Source: Octopus vulgaris (lineage: Eukaryota). From it: a stretch of DNA of 64,000 bases. A model generated the notes under the pieces. The model saw nothing but the letters and a program-made list of their open reading frames with translations, was not told where the DNA came from and did not search any database. Every line of letters begins with the position of its first letter. The first letter of the stretch is position 1. This document shows positions 1-12,277 of the stretch, one piece after another. The translations under genes were made by a program, and so were the position numbers. Where the stretch lies: NCBI GenBank assembly GCA_951406725.2, contig OX597825.1, positions 34,968,001 through 35,032,000 of the forward strand, read 5' to 3'.

Positions 1-260
1 ATGAAACTTGTAGGAAAAGTTGGTAATGACACAAGGAACAGATGATGAAATTTTGGTAGTGATCTGGGAATTTTTATGGATTCTTGAAGGATTTTTCATT
101 TGTTATATTTACTTTACATGAAGCATTACAATGTTACGTTCTTTAATTATTTCCCTTAAAAGCACATCCATCGTTTCCATATAACCTATGGTGGCGTTGA
201 GCCTGAATTTGTGTTTGTAGACTGAAAATGTAATGCTGTTCCAGGCAGAGTCATGAGTGT
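1..260. mobile_element. Helentron/Helitron-type non-autonomous element fragment (runs off the window start)
   Basis: Motif AAACTTG...GGTAATG...AAGGAACAGATGA...AATTTTGGT..GATCTGG resembles animal HINE/Helentron repeats as I recall them; no ORF. Confidence 0.35.
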
Positions 261-299
261 GTGGATCTGTGGTGCGGGGCGAGGCCAAAGATGGAGATA

Positions 300-590
300 T
301 TAGAGGGGAAGTGGTTGGCCAAGTGGAAATGATGGGTGACGGGGGGTGTTCATGCGTAGCTGAACATCTCCTAGATGTTCAGTGAACCGGTCGGCCAGCT
401 GGTGGCCTGTCTGACCTACATAGAGTTTATTACAGAGATTACATCTAATGCAATAGATAAGGCTTGAAGAGATGCAGGAGAAGGAGTTTCTAATGTGGAG
501 GGTGTGCTGGTTGGATCCTGTGAAAGAGGTGGTGTTGGTGATGAAAAGGCAAGTGTGGCAGCGAGATCCTGGTGGGGCTGGGGGAAAGAG
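300..590 (-). mobile_element. Penelope-like element GIY-YIG endonuclease remnant
   Basis: Minus-strand peptide RCHTCLFI...FSCISSSLIYCIRCNLCNKLYVGQTGHQLADRFTEH has the CxxC linker and the IY..C..C...YVGQT...R..EH GIY-YIG signature of PLEs; 5' side replaced by a TA/CA microsatellite. Confidence 0.85.
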
Positions 591-618
591 GAGAAGGTAT
601 GTATTTATGTATGTGTGT

Positions 619-670
<52 letters not shown>

Positions 671-674
671 ATTT

Positions 675-1715
675 AAGGATAAGAGAAATTATAGAAGGAA
701 CACATCCAAGCAATCAATACAAAATCCAAAGCATAATTTAAAGTGCACAACAAATAAATATACATATAAGTTTATATAAATAAGTGAATAAAAATATGTG
801 TAAAAGTTATATGTAAAAACTATACATCATGTACGTTGGGTTCAGGTACCGAATAGAGAAGTGACAAACAAAGAGAGAAAAATCCAGAGTAAGGGCTTCC
901 AAAAGGAACGGTTCCAATCAATTAAGAATTTGATGTTTATATTAATTGTCGGATGAGAGTTCAAAATTTAAAAATTCAGGGGTAAATAAATTTGGTAAAA
1001 ATATACAAATTCGGGTAAAGGATATCATCTACGGCTGTTTCAGGAGTACATTAAATGTATAAATGGTGTTTTAAGTATTTCATATACAGAAACATAATGT
1101 CCCCCCTGCTCATCAAGATGGTTTCCTTCGTGATGAAATCCTACATAATAGTAATTTGATAGATTAAAAAAATGAAAGAAACTATTCTGATGAGGGGGAC
1201 ATTATGTTTCTGTATATGGAATACTTAAAACACCATTTATACATTTAATGTACCCTTGAAACGGCTGTAGATGATATCCTTGACCCGAATTTGTATATTT
1301 TTACCAAATTTATTTACCCCTGAATTTTAAAGTTTTGAACTCTCATCCGACAATTAATATAAATATCAAATTCTTAATCAATTGGAACCGTTCTTTTTGG
1401 AAGCCCTGATCTTGGATTTTCTCTCTTTGTTTGTCGCTTCTCCATTCGGTACCTAAACCCAACATACATGATGCATAGTTTTTACATATAACTTTTACAT
1501 GTAATTTTATTCACTTATTTATATAAACCTATATATATATATTTATTTGTTGTGCACTTTAAATAATGTTTTGGAATTTGTATTGATTGTCTGGATGTGT
1601 TCCTTCTATAATTTTCCTTATCCTTTGATTTAGCTCGCAATGAACACTTCTTAATACAGTCCATATATTGTGAAGTATACTTAAAAACATACTTTATAAG
1701 AAAATTTAACTTTAT
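675..1715 (+). mobile_element. Foldback non-autonomous Penelope-like element (arms about 450 bp, plus tail)
   Basis: Inverted arms 675-1129 and 1174-1625 (roughly 90% identical by eye), 44-nt spacer, unpaired tail 1626-1715, TA-rich microsatellite on both sides, hammerhead motif in each arm. Confidence 0.8.
1174..1283 (+). ncRNA. Type I hammerhead ribozyme motif
   Basis: CTGATGA 1187-1193; stem II GGGGGACATTA/TAATGTACCCTT; GAAA 1258-1261; minimal stem III AC-GGCT-GT; cleavage triplet GTA 1267-1269; stem I partner GATGATATCCTT. Confidence 0.7.
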
Positions 1716-1730
1716 ATATTTATTTATGTA

Positions 1731-1763
<33 letters not shown>

Positions 1764-1765
1764 GC

Positions 1766-2192
1766 ACTAACTGAATAGCCCGTCGTTGCCGGGTAATTTT
1801 TTACAATAGAATATCTTAGCTCTTACAACTTTGGTTGTCATAATGCTTTGCTTTCATTTGTTTAATAAAAATTCCACATTGTAATAATTTTGTTTTGATT
1901 TTGTGTAGACATTTATCATGCAGAAAATATCAGCTTCCAAATCCTTTTTTCTGATTAGGTAAAATTGATTAAACCTTAAACCTCAGTAACATTTTTCTGC
2001 AATTTTTCTGGAACAAATAAATAAAAAAATCTGATTTAACATGGAAAATTATTTCAATATACCAAATTTGAAAATTTTGATGCAATTTTAAAATTTCAAA
2101 ATATGTGACAGCAACAAAAATAGAGAAACAGTTATAGGATGTGACATACACACACATTTACAAATGTACATACAGGTAATTACAGACGTATG

Positions 2193-2251
<59 letters not shown>

Positions 2252-3035
2252 GCATATATTAATATATTTAAGTATGTATGTCTGTCTGTCTGTGCGCTTA
2301 TAACCTGAGTATTGTTCATCCGATCACGCTGAAATTTTAAACATGGATACATGACAGAGCAGGGTGTTCTGTAATTTAAAAAGATTTTCAAAATTGTCAG
2401 TTTCAAAGTGAAAATTGCTATTTTTGTAATCTTTTTGTCCTATTTCTTTCTGCTATGCTGTTTATTAAAAGCAACGAGTTGCTCAGACAGCCGGCACATA
2501 CCATTTCGCTGACAAGGGGAGTACAGGATGACAGTCAGCCAAAACCATTGCTATGCTGTCTCTCTTCTTTCCTCTCTCTGTCTTTTGTAGAGGGCTTAAT
2601 ATGATTATCTAACTTAAAGCAACAGTCATCAAATGCAAAAAGCCAAAGAACTGTTAATACATACATATATACACACATAAGACAGTAGGGTGTTTCGAGG
2701 GAGATTTGGCTGCTATTTCTACCATGTAGAGGTCTCCCTCATCGGCTTATACATACATATATACATACATAAGACAGTAAGGTGTGATTTGAGGGAGATT
2801 TGGCTGTTATTTCTACCAGGTCTGGCTATCATGTAGAGGTCTCCCTCATTGGCTCATCTAATATATAAATCCCGTTCTGGCTGTCTGTTTTTTGTGCACT
2901 AATAACTCAAGTATTATTCATCTGATTGCGCTGAAATTTTAAACATGGATACATGAAAGAGTGGGCATTTTGTAATCTAAAAAGATTTTCAAAATTGTAA
3001 GTTTCAAAGTGAGAATTACTATTGTTGTAATCCTT
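1766..3035. mobile_element. Helitron-like non-autonomous fragments
   Basis: ACTAACTGAATAGCCCGTCGTTGCCGGG terminus-like hairpin at 1766; two diverged copies (about 2275-2432 and 2857-3032) of a TCTAATATATAAA...CTGTCTGT...CGCTGAAATTTTAAACATGG unit typical of Helitron 5' ends. Confidence 0.45.
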
Positions 3036-4341
3036 ATGGCCTGTCTATCGGATGATTAAAACTTCCATAACACCGTCCAAGTTAACCCTCTTCATCCTAT
3101 ACAAACCTTCCAATGGACAGCGAGTGGGGTGGTGGCATTTGCTAGTATATGTTTATATATTTATGTATATGTGTATATATTATATATATATATATATACC
3201 TCGCTTGGTAACAGGTGGGGGTTGGCGTCAGGAAGGGCATCCGGCCGTAGAAAGCTTGCCACACGCTTAGCGCTGCGTATATGTGCATACATACATATAT
3301 ATATATATACATATATTTATATATTTATGTATGTGTATATTATATATATATATAGATATACATGTATTTATATATGCATGTACGTTTGTATATAAATATA
3401 TATATATATGTGTGTGTGTGTGTGGTGGCTCCAGCACTCAGGCTGTTCAGGCTTAGCCTGAGTACAAATTTAGTAAAGTGAATGTGTATTTGCAAGCTGA
3501 TTTAATTTCTGCCAACACTAACTTCAAGTATGTAATTGCAGCCAATAACTCGGGTTCCTTTTATTGAGCCTGACTGCAGTTCATTTAGTTTCATTCAGCA
3601 TCTGGCAGTTGTCTTAGAGGTGCCCTGTATCAAAAAATAACATTCATAGCAGATGTTCTCTTGACACCCACCTGACTCAGGCTCAGAAGTTTCAGCCCGA
3701 GTTGTTATCTATAGTTGTAAAAATTAAAAGTAATTCAAATTCAATGTTACTTTGAAACAGAAAATTTCTATAGAGATTAGGATTTAAATTCCAATCTATG
3801 AAAAGTTTCCTTTTTACAATATTCTTAAAGGAAGGAAAATTATCCAGGAACGAGCCTGGTAGATGTAAAAGTCTAACTGGCATCTCTTGCCAAGAGTACA
3901 GGTGACAGTTAGATGGCTGATGTTTGTTGTGCACTCTGCTGTCATTACTTGATTGCTGTTTTTCTGTGTGTAAAGATCAGTTGTGTTTTGCAGGGTTGCT
4001 TTATTTGGACCCTTAACTTAGAAATGGATTTGGGGCTAGAAATAAAGTGGAAAAATGAGAAATTCTTCGAGCAGGTATGTATCTTATACGAAATCTGTGA
4101 TAAGCTCAAGTGACACTGATGACTGGGTGTTGCCTCTGATATATGTATTTATGTATGTTAGTGTGTGTATATATGAAGCCCAGTTACAACTACAGCCGGC
4201 TATTACCAGTAAAGGTTTTAGTTGCCAATTTTGTACAAGACATTGTAGATCTTAGGCTGGGCTAAAAAGTCACATTCAATCACAGCACCAGTAACAGTTA
4301 AGCTCCGTGCAATGGCCATACTCGATAATGAGGGGGCAGCC

Positions 4342-4382
<41 letters not shown>

Positions 4383-7300
4383 GTATGTATATATATATTT
4401 ATGTATGTATAAATATATTTATGTATGTATATATATATTTATGCATATATGTGTCTATATTTGATCCCACCACCACTTTATGACTGGTGTTGGTTTGTTT
4501 ACATCCCCCTAACTTAGTAGTTTGGCTAAGAAGACCGATACAATAAATACCAGACCTAAACATTAAGTACTGGAGCCAATTTTTTCAATTAAAACTTTTC
4601 AAGCTGGTACTCCAGCTAGGCTACTGTCCAACGAGGAAGGCAAATAAAAAGATAAAAGGATAAATGAAAAATGGAATAAATGAATTACAGAATCAACATG
4701 ATTGTAATGACTTCTCTGATGGACACAAGAACACAAATTTGTGGGGAAAGAGCAAAGTTGAATGCATCTTGCACCTCACCAGTACTCATTGATGTGCACG
4801 CACGCACACACACACACTTCTGGCTGTATTCGATAAATCTTTTTCCAGCAAAGTAATAACAAACAAAAATGTCATTTGTTTTTAACAGAAATTTATTATG
4901 AAAAATGTCATGGATTTTATATATTTTTGTGTATTTAACCTTTTGTTTAATTAATCAAGATTAATCAATGATCAATAAGAAGTAATAAGAATCAATCAAT
5001 GGTATTGTTAATGAGAGAGAACACAGCCACATCTAATTGATTATAAATGTTTGGCATACAACTGAAGCTGTGAAAATATTAAGATTCCTTTGAGAACATT
5101 GTCTAGGGTGGGAAACACAGCTTGGTCTAAAGGATTTAAAGTTCCATTGTACAACAAATTAAACATTTATTTTCCATACAAGTGAAGTTGTGAAAATAGG
5201 AATCCATTGACAACTTTGTTTGTGGTTGAGGGCCCAGCCTAGCCCAACCCAGTGAAACTTAGCTAATGAAGGTCTATATCCAAAACATTTTAAAGATGTT
5301 TCTTCTCTTCATGGCTTGTTAACATAACCTTGGTTTATGCATTTTACTTAATACAGTCTTGCTGACACAGGCCGTCATTAGTCTCTTCAAATTCTAGTGA
5401 TTATATAATTTGATTATCTAAGTGATTATCTAAAGATTTTCCAGAACAAAAGCTGTGAAAGTAGCAACATTCCATTTATAGCATTGTTAACAGGAAAGCA
5501 AGGCCAGGCCTAACAGAATGGGCAATTGTCAAAGGACAGACTGAATGCTTTTTTTTTGTTCTTTTTTTATTTGTATTTTTTAGTTTTTTTGTTTTTAATA
5601 TCTAACAAGGTAAGAAAATAATAATATTCTTTGATGGGTGCAGGCTTTGATTACTGTAACATACAGCCAGACCTAATTGATTAAAGGTTTGACATATATG
5701 AGGGAAGCTGTGAAATATAATAAAAAAGCAAGCTTTTGTTGAGAGCAATGTGGTAAACCTAATTGATTAATTCCTGTTGTTATATAACAGAAGCTGGGAT
5801 AATATTTATGTAATTACATTGTTTTCTAAAACAAAAAACAAACAAAACAAAACAAATAGAAACTGTGTGCATGTGTGAGCAGTTTCTTAATTTGCTGTTA
5901 CTGTTCAGCCTTAGGTCAGTTCTAATTGAGCAGATCCATTATCAAAGACACTCCAGAAATGACCAACGTTTTTATTACCAATGACCGACCTTTTTGGGAA
6001 GGAAGGGCAGTGTTCATGACTCATATATATTTTTAGGGCCTCAGAGACTAAAGGGAGGGAGGAAGTTATCCTCAAACTAGATCCCTGGTCTGAATGCTTG
6101 CAGCATGAGGTGGTGGTGTTAAACTGAGTGGTGGTTTCAGTGTCTTTCTTTTATATGACCTCTAGGACTCATAAGGCTGGAGCTTAACTTGGTTTTCATG
6201 ATGTTTAAGTGACTGCCATTACAACACTCACCCTTGAACAGGACATCAGTCTGTTACAAGGTTTACTTGCCAGCTGTTGTTGGAACTCATCTATAGCTGA
6301 GCGGACTGGAGCAACGTGAATGAAGTGTTTGCTCAAGAACACAATACACTGTCCACTTCAGGAATCGAAACCATGATCTTGTGATCATGAGCGAAACACC
6401 CTGACCACTAGGCCATATACTTCAAACTGGAGCCCTTAGTCCAAATGCTTGCAATAGAGTGAACTCTGCTAAAGGCACCTGAGTAGCAGGTATAGGTGTT
6501 AAACAATCGAGTGATGATTAAATGTTCTTCCCAAGAACTCAGAATGCAAGGTGTTTTGTTTCATGTTCAGTCAATTCCAGAAAGTCACTGCCTTGAATTG
6601 TTATATTATTGTATTGCCTCTGAAATAAGGAAAGGCGAAGTTGAATTTGGCAGGATTTGAACCCAGATCACAGGGAGCCAGAATAAACACTACAAGGCAT
6701 TTCAATCAATGCTCTAATGACTTTGCCAATCCATTTTTTTTGTAAGACAGTAGTATGTGGTTTGAGTGAAATTTGGTTGCTATTTCTAACAAAAATGAAA
6801 AACCATTGAGATGCTTCTTTATTGGGTTGTAGTTTCTTATGTGTTTAGTTATAAGCAAAGGGTTAAGTGTTTTTAATTAAAGGTTTTATGTGATAAGCAA
6901 AAACTAATTTTCTTAAGAAGCTAATATATCGTTTTCATGTGAGTAGAGTTCAAATAATTGAGCGAACAAAGGAATTAGGGATCAACTTACATACATTATA
7001 TATACATTCTTTTACTTGTTTCAGTCATTTGACTGTGGCCATGCTGGAGCACTGCCTTAGATAGATATATATATGTATGTCCAAATATAGCCTGGGTATT
7101 TTTATTTTGTATTTTCATTGATTCACAAGCCTCTGTTTCACATAGTTGTCACAGGAATGGGTACCAGCTCTAGGGAAGTCACCTGAAAAAAACTGGCATC
7201 CTAAGATTGGAATTTATTATTTTTCTACTAGACACAATGAAATTGAAATTATGGTTTATGATCTCTTTAAGGCTTAATGGACATTGAGGCAAAGGGCATC

Positions 7301-8966
7301 ATAGACTTCGCATACGACAAGTCTGCAACACAGTTTGATTTCTTTTATTTATTTCATCTCACTTATATTGCTAATGCCTTATATTAAAGCATAAATACTA
7401 TATAAACTCACATCTCTCCTTGTCAATTATTCCTAGGTCTTGTTCCTCTATATCTAGTATTTTGTAATTCCAAAAGATTTGTGACAACAATATTATCAAC
7501 CTAGACACAGCACCTTGTTTATTTTACTCTTTATTGTTTGTTTATTTTAATATTTCATTTTGTTTTTTATTTTCAAATAAGGAATAAATTTGGCAATCTA
7601 AAATTCAATGACAAAAATCAATAAGATGTTGGCAGTCCAACATTTCTAAATATCTTGACCAACTTTGACTCTCAAACATAGTATCTGTTATACAATTATA
7701 AATATATAATATTCAATGTTTTATAAAATTGTGTGTTAAAGTTTACTTTTGGATGAGCGCAACCTGCTCCAGTATCAACAGATGTGACATGTAGCACACA
7801 TCACATGCCATTATGCTGAACTTCTGGTCTGCTTGCTCCATTAAGGAAGATCTCACACACACATACACACACACATTTCCTGAGGTGCTCACAAATCTAT
7901 GAGTTACATTTGCATTTCATTTATCAATTTATTTCAAAAGCAAAGAAGATAGAAACAATACTATATTTGCATGAACATAAAGCAAAAATTCTTTTTCTCT
8001 TCAGATTTGACCTTCAAAAGGGGAAGATGCAGTTTTTATATTTGAGTTCGTACAAAGTTTTCTTCGTTTTTTTTTTAGTTTTCACTCAGAGTTCATTTTC
8101 CACAAAGAATAAATAATAAATGGTTAATTGCAAGAGTGCAGACTTTCTTCAGCAGGTTGTAATTTACATCTCCCAAAATATTAATTTTGATTGGACTTGC
8201 TTTCAGAACATCAAATATATGGACACTCTTTTCAATCACAAAATTCAAGCTTTATCATATCATTGGAGCTTTGAGAAAGATAAATATTTTACAAGTTAAT
8301 GATAAGCAAACTCAGGCACAATATTAAAGATGATGAAATTGCTGACCTTTTCATGAGTAGCTACCAATGTTAAAAGTGGATTGGCTTGGTCAGTGTTGAA
8401 TGGATAACATATCTTACATTGCGAACTTTTCTTTATAGAAAGAAAAGGGGGGAAAAAGAGAGAGAGTGAGAAAGAGAAAGAAAGAGAGAGAGATAGGAAG
8501 AGAGAGAGAGAGCGAGAATCATAAAGATTTCATAAAAACTCAAATACAAAGTGACTCCCATATATTTTAAGGAACAGTTTCTGACAGAAAACCTTGTTTG
8601 TGTTCAAGCATACACAGTAAATGGCAATTTGTTGGTAGAATAATTTGTACTTTTGCATTTTTTTTCTGTTTTTCTTTTGATACAAACTTAAAAAAAAAAT
8701 AGATTAAAAAAAAACCTCCAAAAACACAACAACCCAGAAATGAAAGAAAACTGGTTATAAAAACAATAAATGCTTCCATTTTCTACTTAACGATTGCTAA
8801 GAAAGAAAGTGACAACAAATTACTTTATTTTACACATATTGAAAGGAAAAAATAATCAGATTAAACATAAGGAAAATATTTTACATTGTTGTATTAAAAA
8901 AAAAATGAATTACCAAACGACATCAATAATAAAATCCAAATTGGGGATTATATCAAAATCACTAAA

Positions 8967-8992
8967 CTAACATATATATTTATCTATATATA

Positions 8993-9040
<48 letters not shown>

Positions 9041-9695
9041 CATATATACATATATATATACACAAATATATATGTATGTATATATATATGTATATATATG
9101 ATATATATATGTATATATATGATATATATATGTATATATATGATATATATATGTATATATATATATACATATATATGTATATATATATATATGTATATAT
9201 ATGTATATATATGTGCATATATATATATACATACATGTATATATATATATATGCATATATATATCTATATACGTGTATATATATATATGTATATATGTAT
9301 GTATATATATATATATATTTATGTATAAACATATATGTATATGAGTATATATATGTATACTTTTATATGTATACATGTATATATATATATATGTATACAT
9401 GCACATATATATATGGATACATGTATATACATATGTATACATATATATATGTATATATCTATATATATATGTTTGTATATATATATATACACACATGTTT
9501 ATATATATATGGATATATATATATATATATATACATATATGTATATATATGCATATGTGTATATGTATATATATATGTATATATATATATATATGTATAT
9601 GTGTCTGTACATATACATATATCAGTGTGTTTGTGTGTGTATATGTGTGTGTGTGTATATATATATATATTTATATATATATATATATATTATGT
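8967..9695. repeat. Long degenerate (TA)n/(TACA)n/(TG)n microsatellite
   Basis: About 730 bp of TA-based repeats; source of the YI/CV pseudo-ORFs. Confidence 0.95.
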
Positions 9696-10029
9696 ATATT
9701 GAGGGCATTACTATACATAAATGCCACACACTAGGAGGGACTCTTAAAGTCAAAAACTACCAAAATAAATAAACACATAATACCGAATATGGGGGAATGC
9801 AACTCTCGAAGTGAGCTTTGAGAGATGCATTCCCCTGTATTCGGTATTATGTGTTTATTTATTTTGGTAGTTTTTGACTTTAAGAGTCCCTCCTAGTGTG
9901 TGGCATTTATGTATAGTAATGCCCTGAATATGAATAAATTATTTAAAAGAAAAATTGATGGATTTTTCTCTTATGAGGTTTTTCACACTAACTACTTGAT
10001 AAATTCTTATAAAAATGTTATCCTATTTT

Positions 10030-10033
<4 letters not shown>
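9696..10033 (+). mobile_element. Foldback element (115-bp arms plus tail) in (TA)n
   Basis: Near-perfect arms 9696-9810 and 9817-9931, 4-6 nt loop, unpaired tail 9932-10033, TA runs on both sides. Confidence 0.75.
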
Positions 10034-10075
<42 letters not shown>

Positions 10076-10083
10076 TATATGAA

Positions 10084-10130
<47 letters not shown>

Positions 10131-10180
10131 ATATGTATATATATATAGAGAGAGAGCAGTCGTTATATTCCCTTCCATAG

Positions 10181-10273
10181 CAGCTAACTCTGATGAGTGT
10201 AAAGTTATATAATCGGATTGTTATCTAACACTCCATCGTATTCTTTACATGAAACTTATTGGTAAGATCAGCC
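10181..10273 (+). ncRNA. Type I hammerhead ribozyme motif
   Basis: CTGATGA 10190-10196; stem II GTGTAAAG/CTTTACAT; GAAA 10251-10254; stem III ACT-TATT-GGT; GTA 10262-10264; stem I GCTAACT/AGATCAGC with one bulge and one mismatch. Confidence 0.7.
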
Positions 10274-10883
10274 ATGATGAATAGTTAATACTATACATTT
10301 CAGATTATATATATATATACATTTTGTTTTTAACTGAATCACGTAATATATTTTGATACTTTTGAATGGGATGGTTTGTATTTTTAAATATTTATTCTTA
10401 CAGTTGGACACCCTTCCTACACCTAACCTCTCCACATTGCATGTTGCAGGTGGAGTGGAACATGGGGTAAAAAAAGTTATGTACCTTGCTCAAAAGTACA
10501 GCTCATAAACACATAATTGAAGTAGTAAGGATTGAACTCATGATCATATGGTCAATAGTTGAGTACTTTAAACTCACAGCTACGGTATTCTTCTCACATG
10601 TGATTGTACATACAGTGAAGTATGATTGTTCAGTACTCACTTATGATTAAAGTTTTTAGACATCTGATAATATATGTATGTATAATATATGTATGTACTT
10701 TTGGAGAATACAAACATAAAAAGAGAGCACACTTAATACTTGTAAAAATTGGTCTCATTTACTTGTGTATTTAGAGTAGGATTTTTCATTACTCTAGAGA
10801 TCACTTGATAAGAGTTCATGTGATATTGACTTCATATTTATCTGTACGTATGTGTGTGTGTGTGTGCATGTGTATATACATAT

Positions 10884-11075
10884 CGTTCAAATTTACAGAG
10901 AATAAAAGACGGAGACAGGTGAAGGAACAACAAGCAGGTGTATTAGTTTAACAGTCAGGAAGAATGGAAAAGTCTTCGGCAGTTCAAGCCGATGGTCTTT
11001 GACAGAAAGGATTAAGAGGAGAAAAAATATGGAGAAAGAATGAAAAATTGAACAGAGAGAAAAATAGATATAGGT
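10884..11075 (-). mobile_element. Penelope-type 3' tail fragment, degenerate copy of the 16464/17911 family
   Basis: Reverse complement CCTTTCTGTCAAAGACCATCGGCTTGAACTGCCGAAGACTTTTCCATT...CTAATACACCTGCTTGTTGTTCCTTCACCTGTC aligns with the two plus-strand copies. Confidence 0.55.
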
Positions 11076-12242
11076 ATACATATATGCATTTCAATGTATG
11101 GATATGTGTGTGTGTGTATATCTATATATATATATATGGGGAGAGAAAAAGATGGATAGATATAGATATGCATATGTATTTAAATGTATATATGTGTACG
11201 TATGTCTATACATATGTGTGAATTTGTATGTGTATGTGTATATATATATATATATGTAGAGAGAGAGAGAGAGAGAGAGAGAGATACACACATCTGGGAC
11301 GTGCCTGGGTAAGTAAAGAAATTTGCCAGTGACTTCTGGTATAGTCTCAGGCTGTCTTTTGGTGAATACAAATTTGCATACATTTGTACATGTGTATGAT
11401 TTTTTATGTTTACACTGATCTAAAATCTAGTGTTGTTTATGTTACATTACATTACCTTGTGTGCCATAAATGAGTAGCTTGACAAATAAAAGACTAATAG
11501 AATTAGTCTCAGACTAAAATAAGTATTGGACTTAATATGAAAAACTTCACCCTTGAAGACAGCATTCCCCAACCATCATGGCTGCAGTTCAATTACTGAA
11601 ATTAGGCAAAGAATGAAAGCGTGTGTATGTATTTGCATGATTGTCATATATAAACTAGCTCTGTTATATTGTTATATAACAGAGCCAGTTTGGTAGAGTT
11701 TATTCTGGAATAATTCAATCTCTAGTATACCCTATGAATTGTTTCATGATGTGTCCTATTTGCATAATTCACCCTTCAGGTGTATAAACAATTTGCAACT
11801 GTTTTGATTGGAACTGAAGCACCGGGAATGTTTGCTTTGTTTTGGGTAGAGTTAGGAAACAGGAGCTAACTCATGTTATCTAAAGTTTTTGTCTCTCTTA
11901 AGTGTTGATACTATGCATGTGCATATCTGTGGGTACACAAATGGACACAAATACACATTTTTCATACATATACATACACATGCACACACATAATCATGTA
12001 CATATGTGTGTATGTGCTTATAGATATGTATACACCTAGCATCAACACTTAAAAAGACAACCCCCTTAAATTACAGCACAATTTCTTTTCCTCAAACTTT
12101 TTCCAAAACAAAATAGATATTCCTGCTACATCTATTCCAAGCAAGAGTTTTAGGTGATTTATAAATCTATAAAACGAATTAAATAAATGACATAACATTA
12201 TTCATTATAGCTCCAAAAGATTTCATTAATTATACCATATAT

Positions 12243-12277
<35 letters not shown>

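Noticed and set aside
2660-2856. Tandem duplication of about 95 bp as a functional repeat
   Set aside because: Local duplication of a short interspersed-repeat fragment (GAGATTTGGCTGCTATTTCTA) that also occurs elsewhere in the window
7200-8960. 3' UTR or microRNA of a neighbouring gene
   Set aside because: Composition is UTR-like with AATAAA on both strands, but I found no linked exon, recognisable mature miRNA or convincing hairpin
8967-9772. Long ORFs up to 236 aa here, and similar ones at 19571-21018, 25181-25870 and 33203-33545
   Set aside because: Translations of TA/CA/TATG microsatellites ([12 protein letters not shown]) that lack stops by composition
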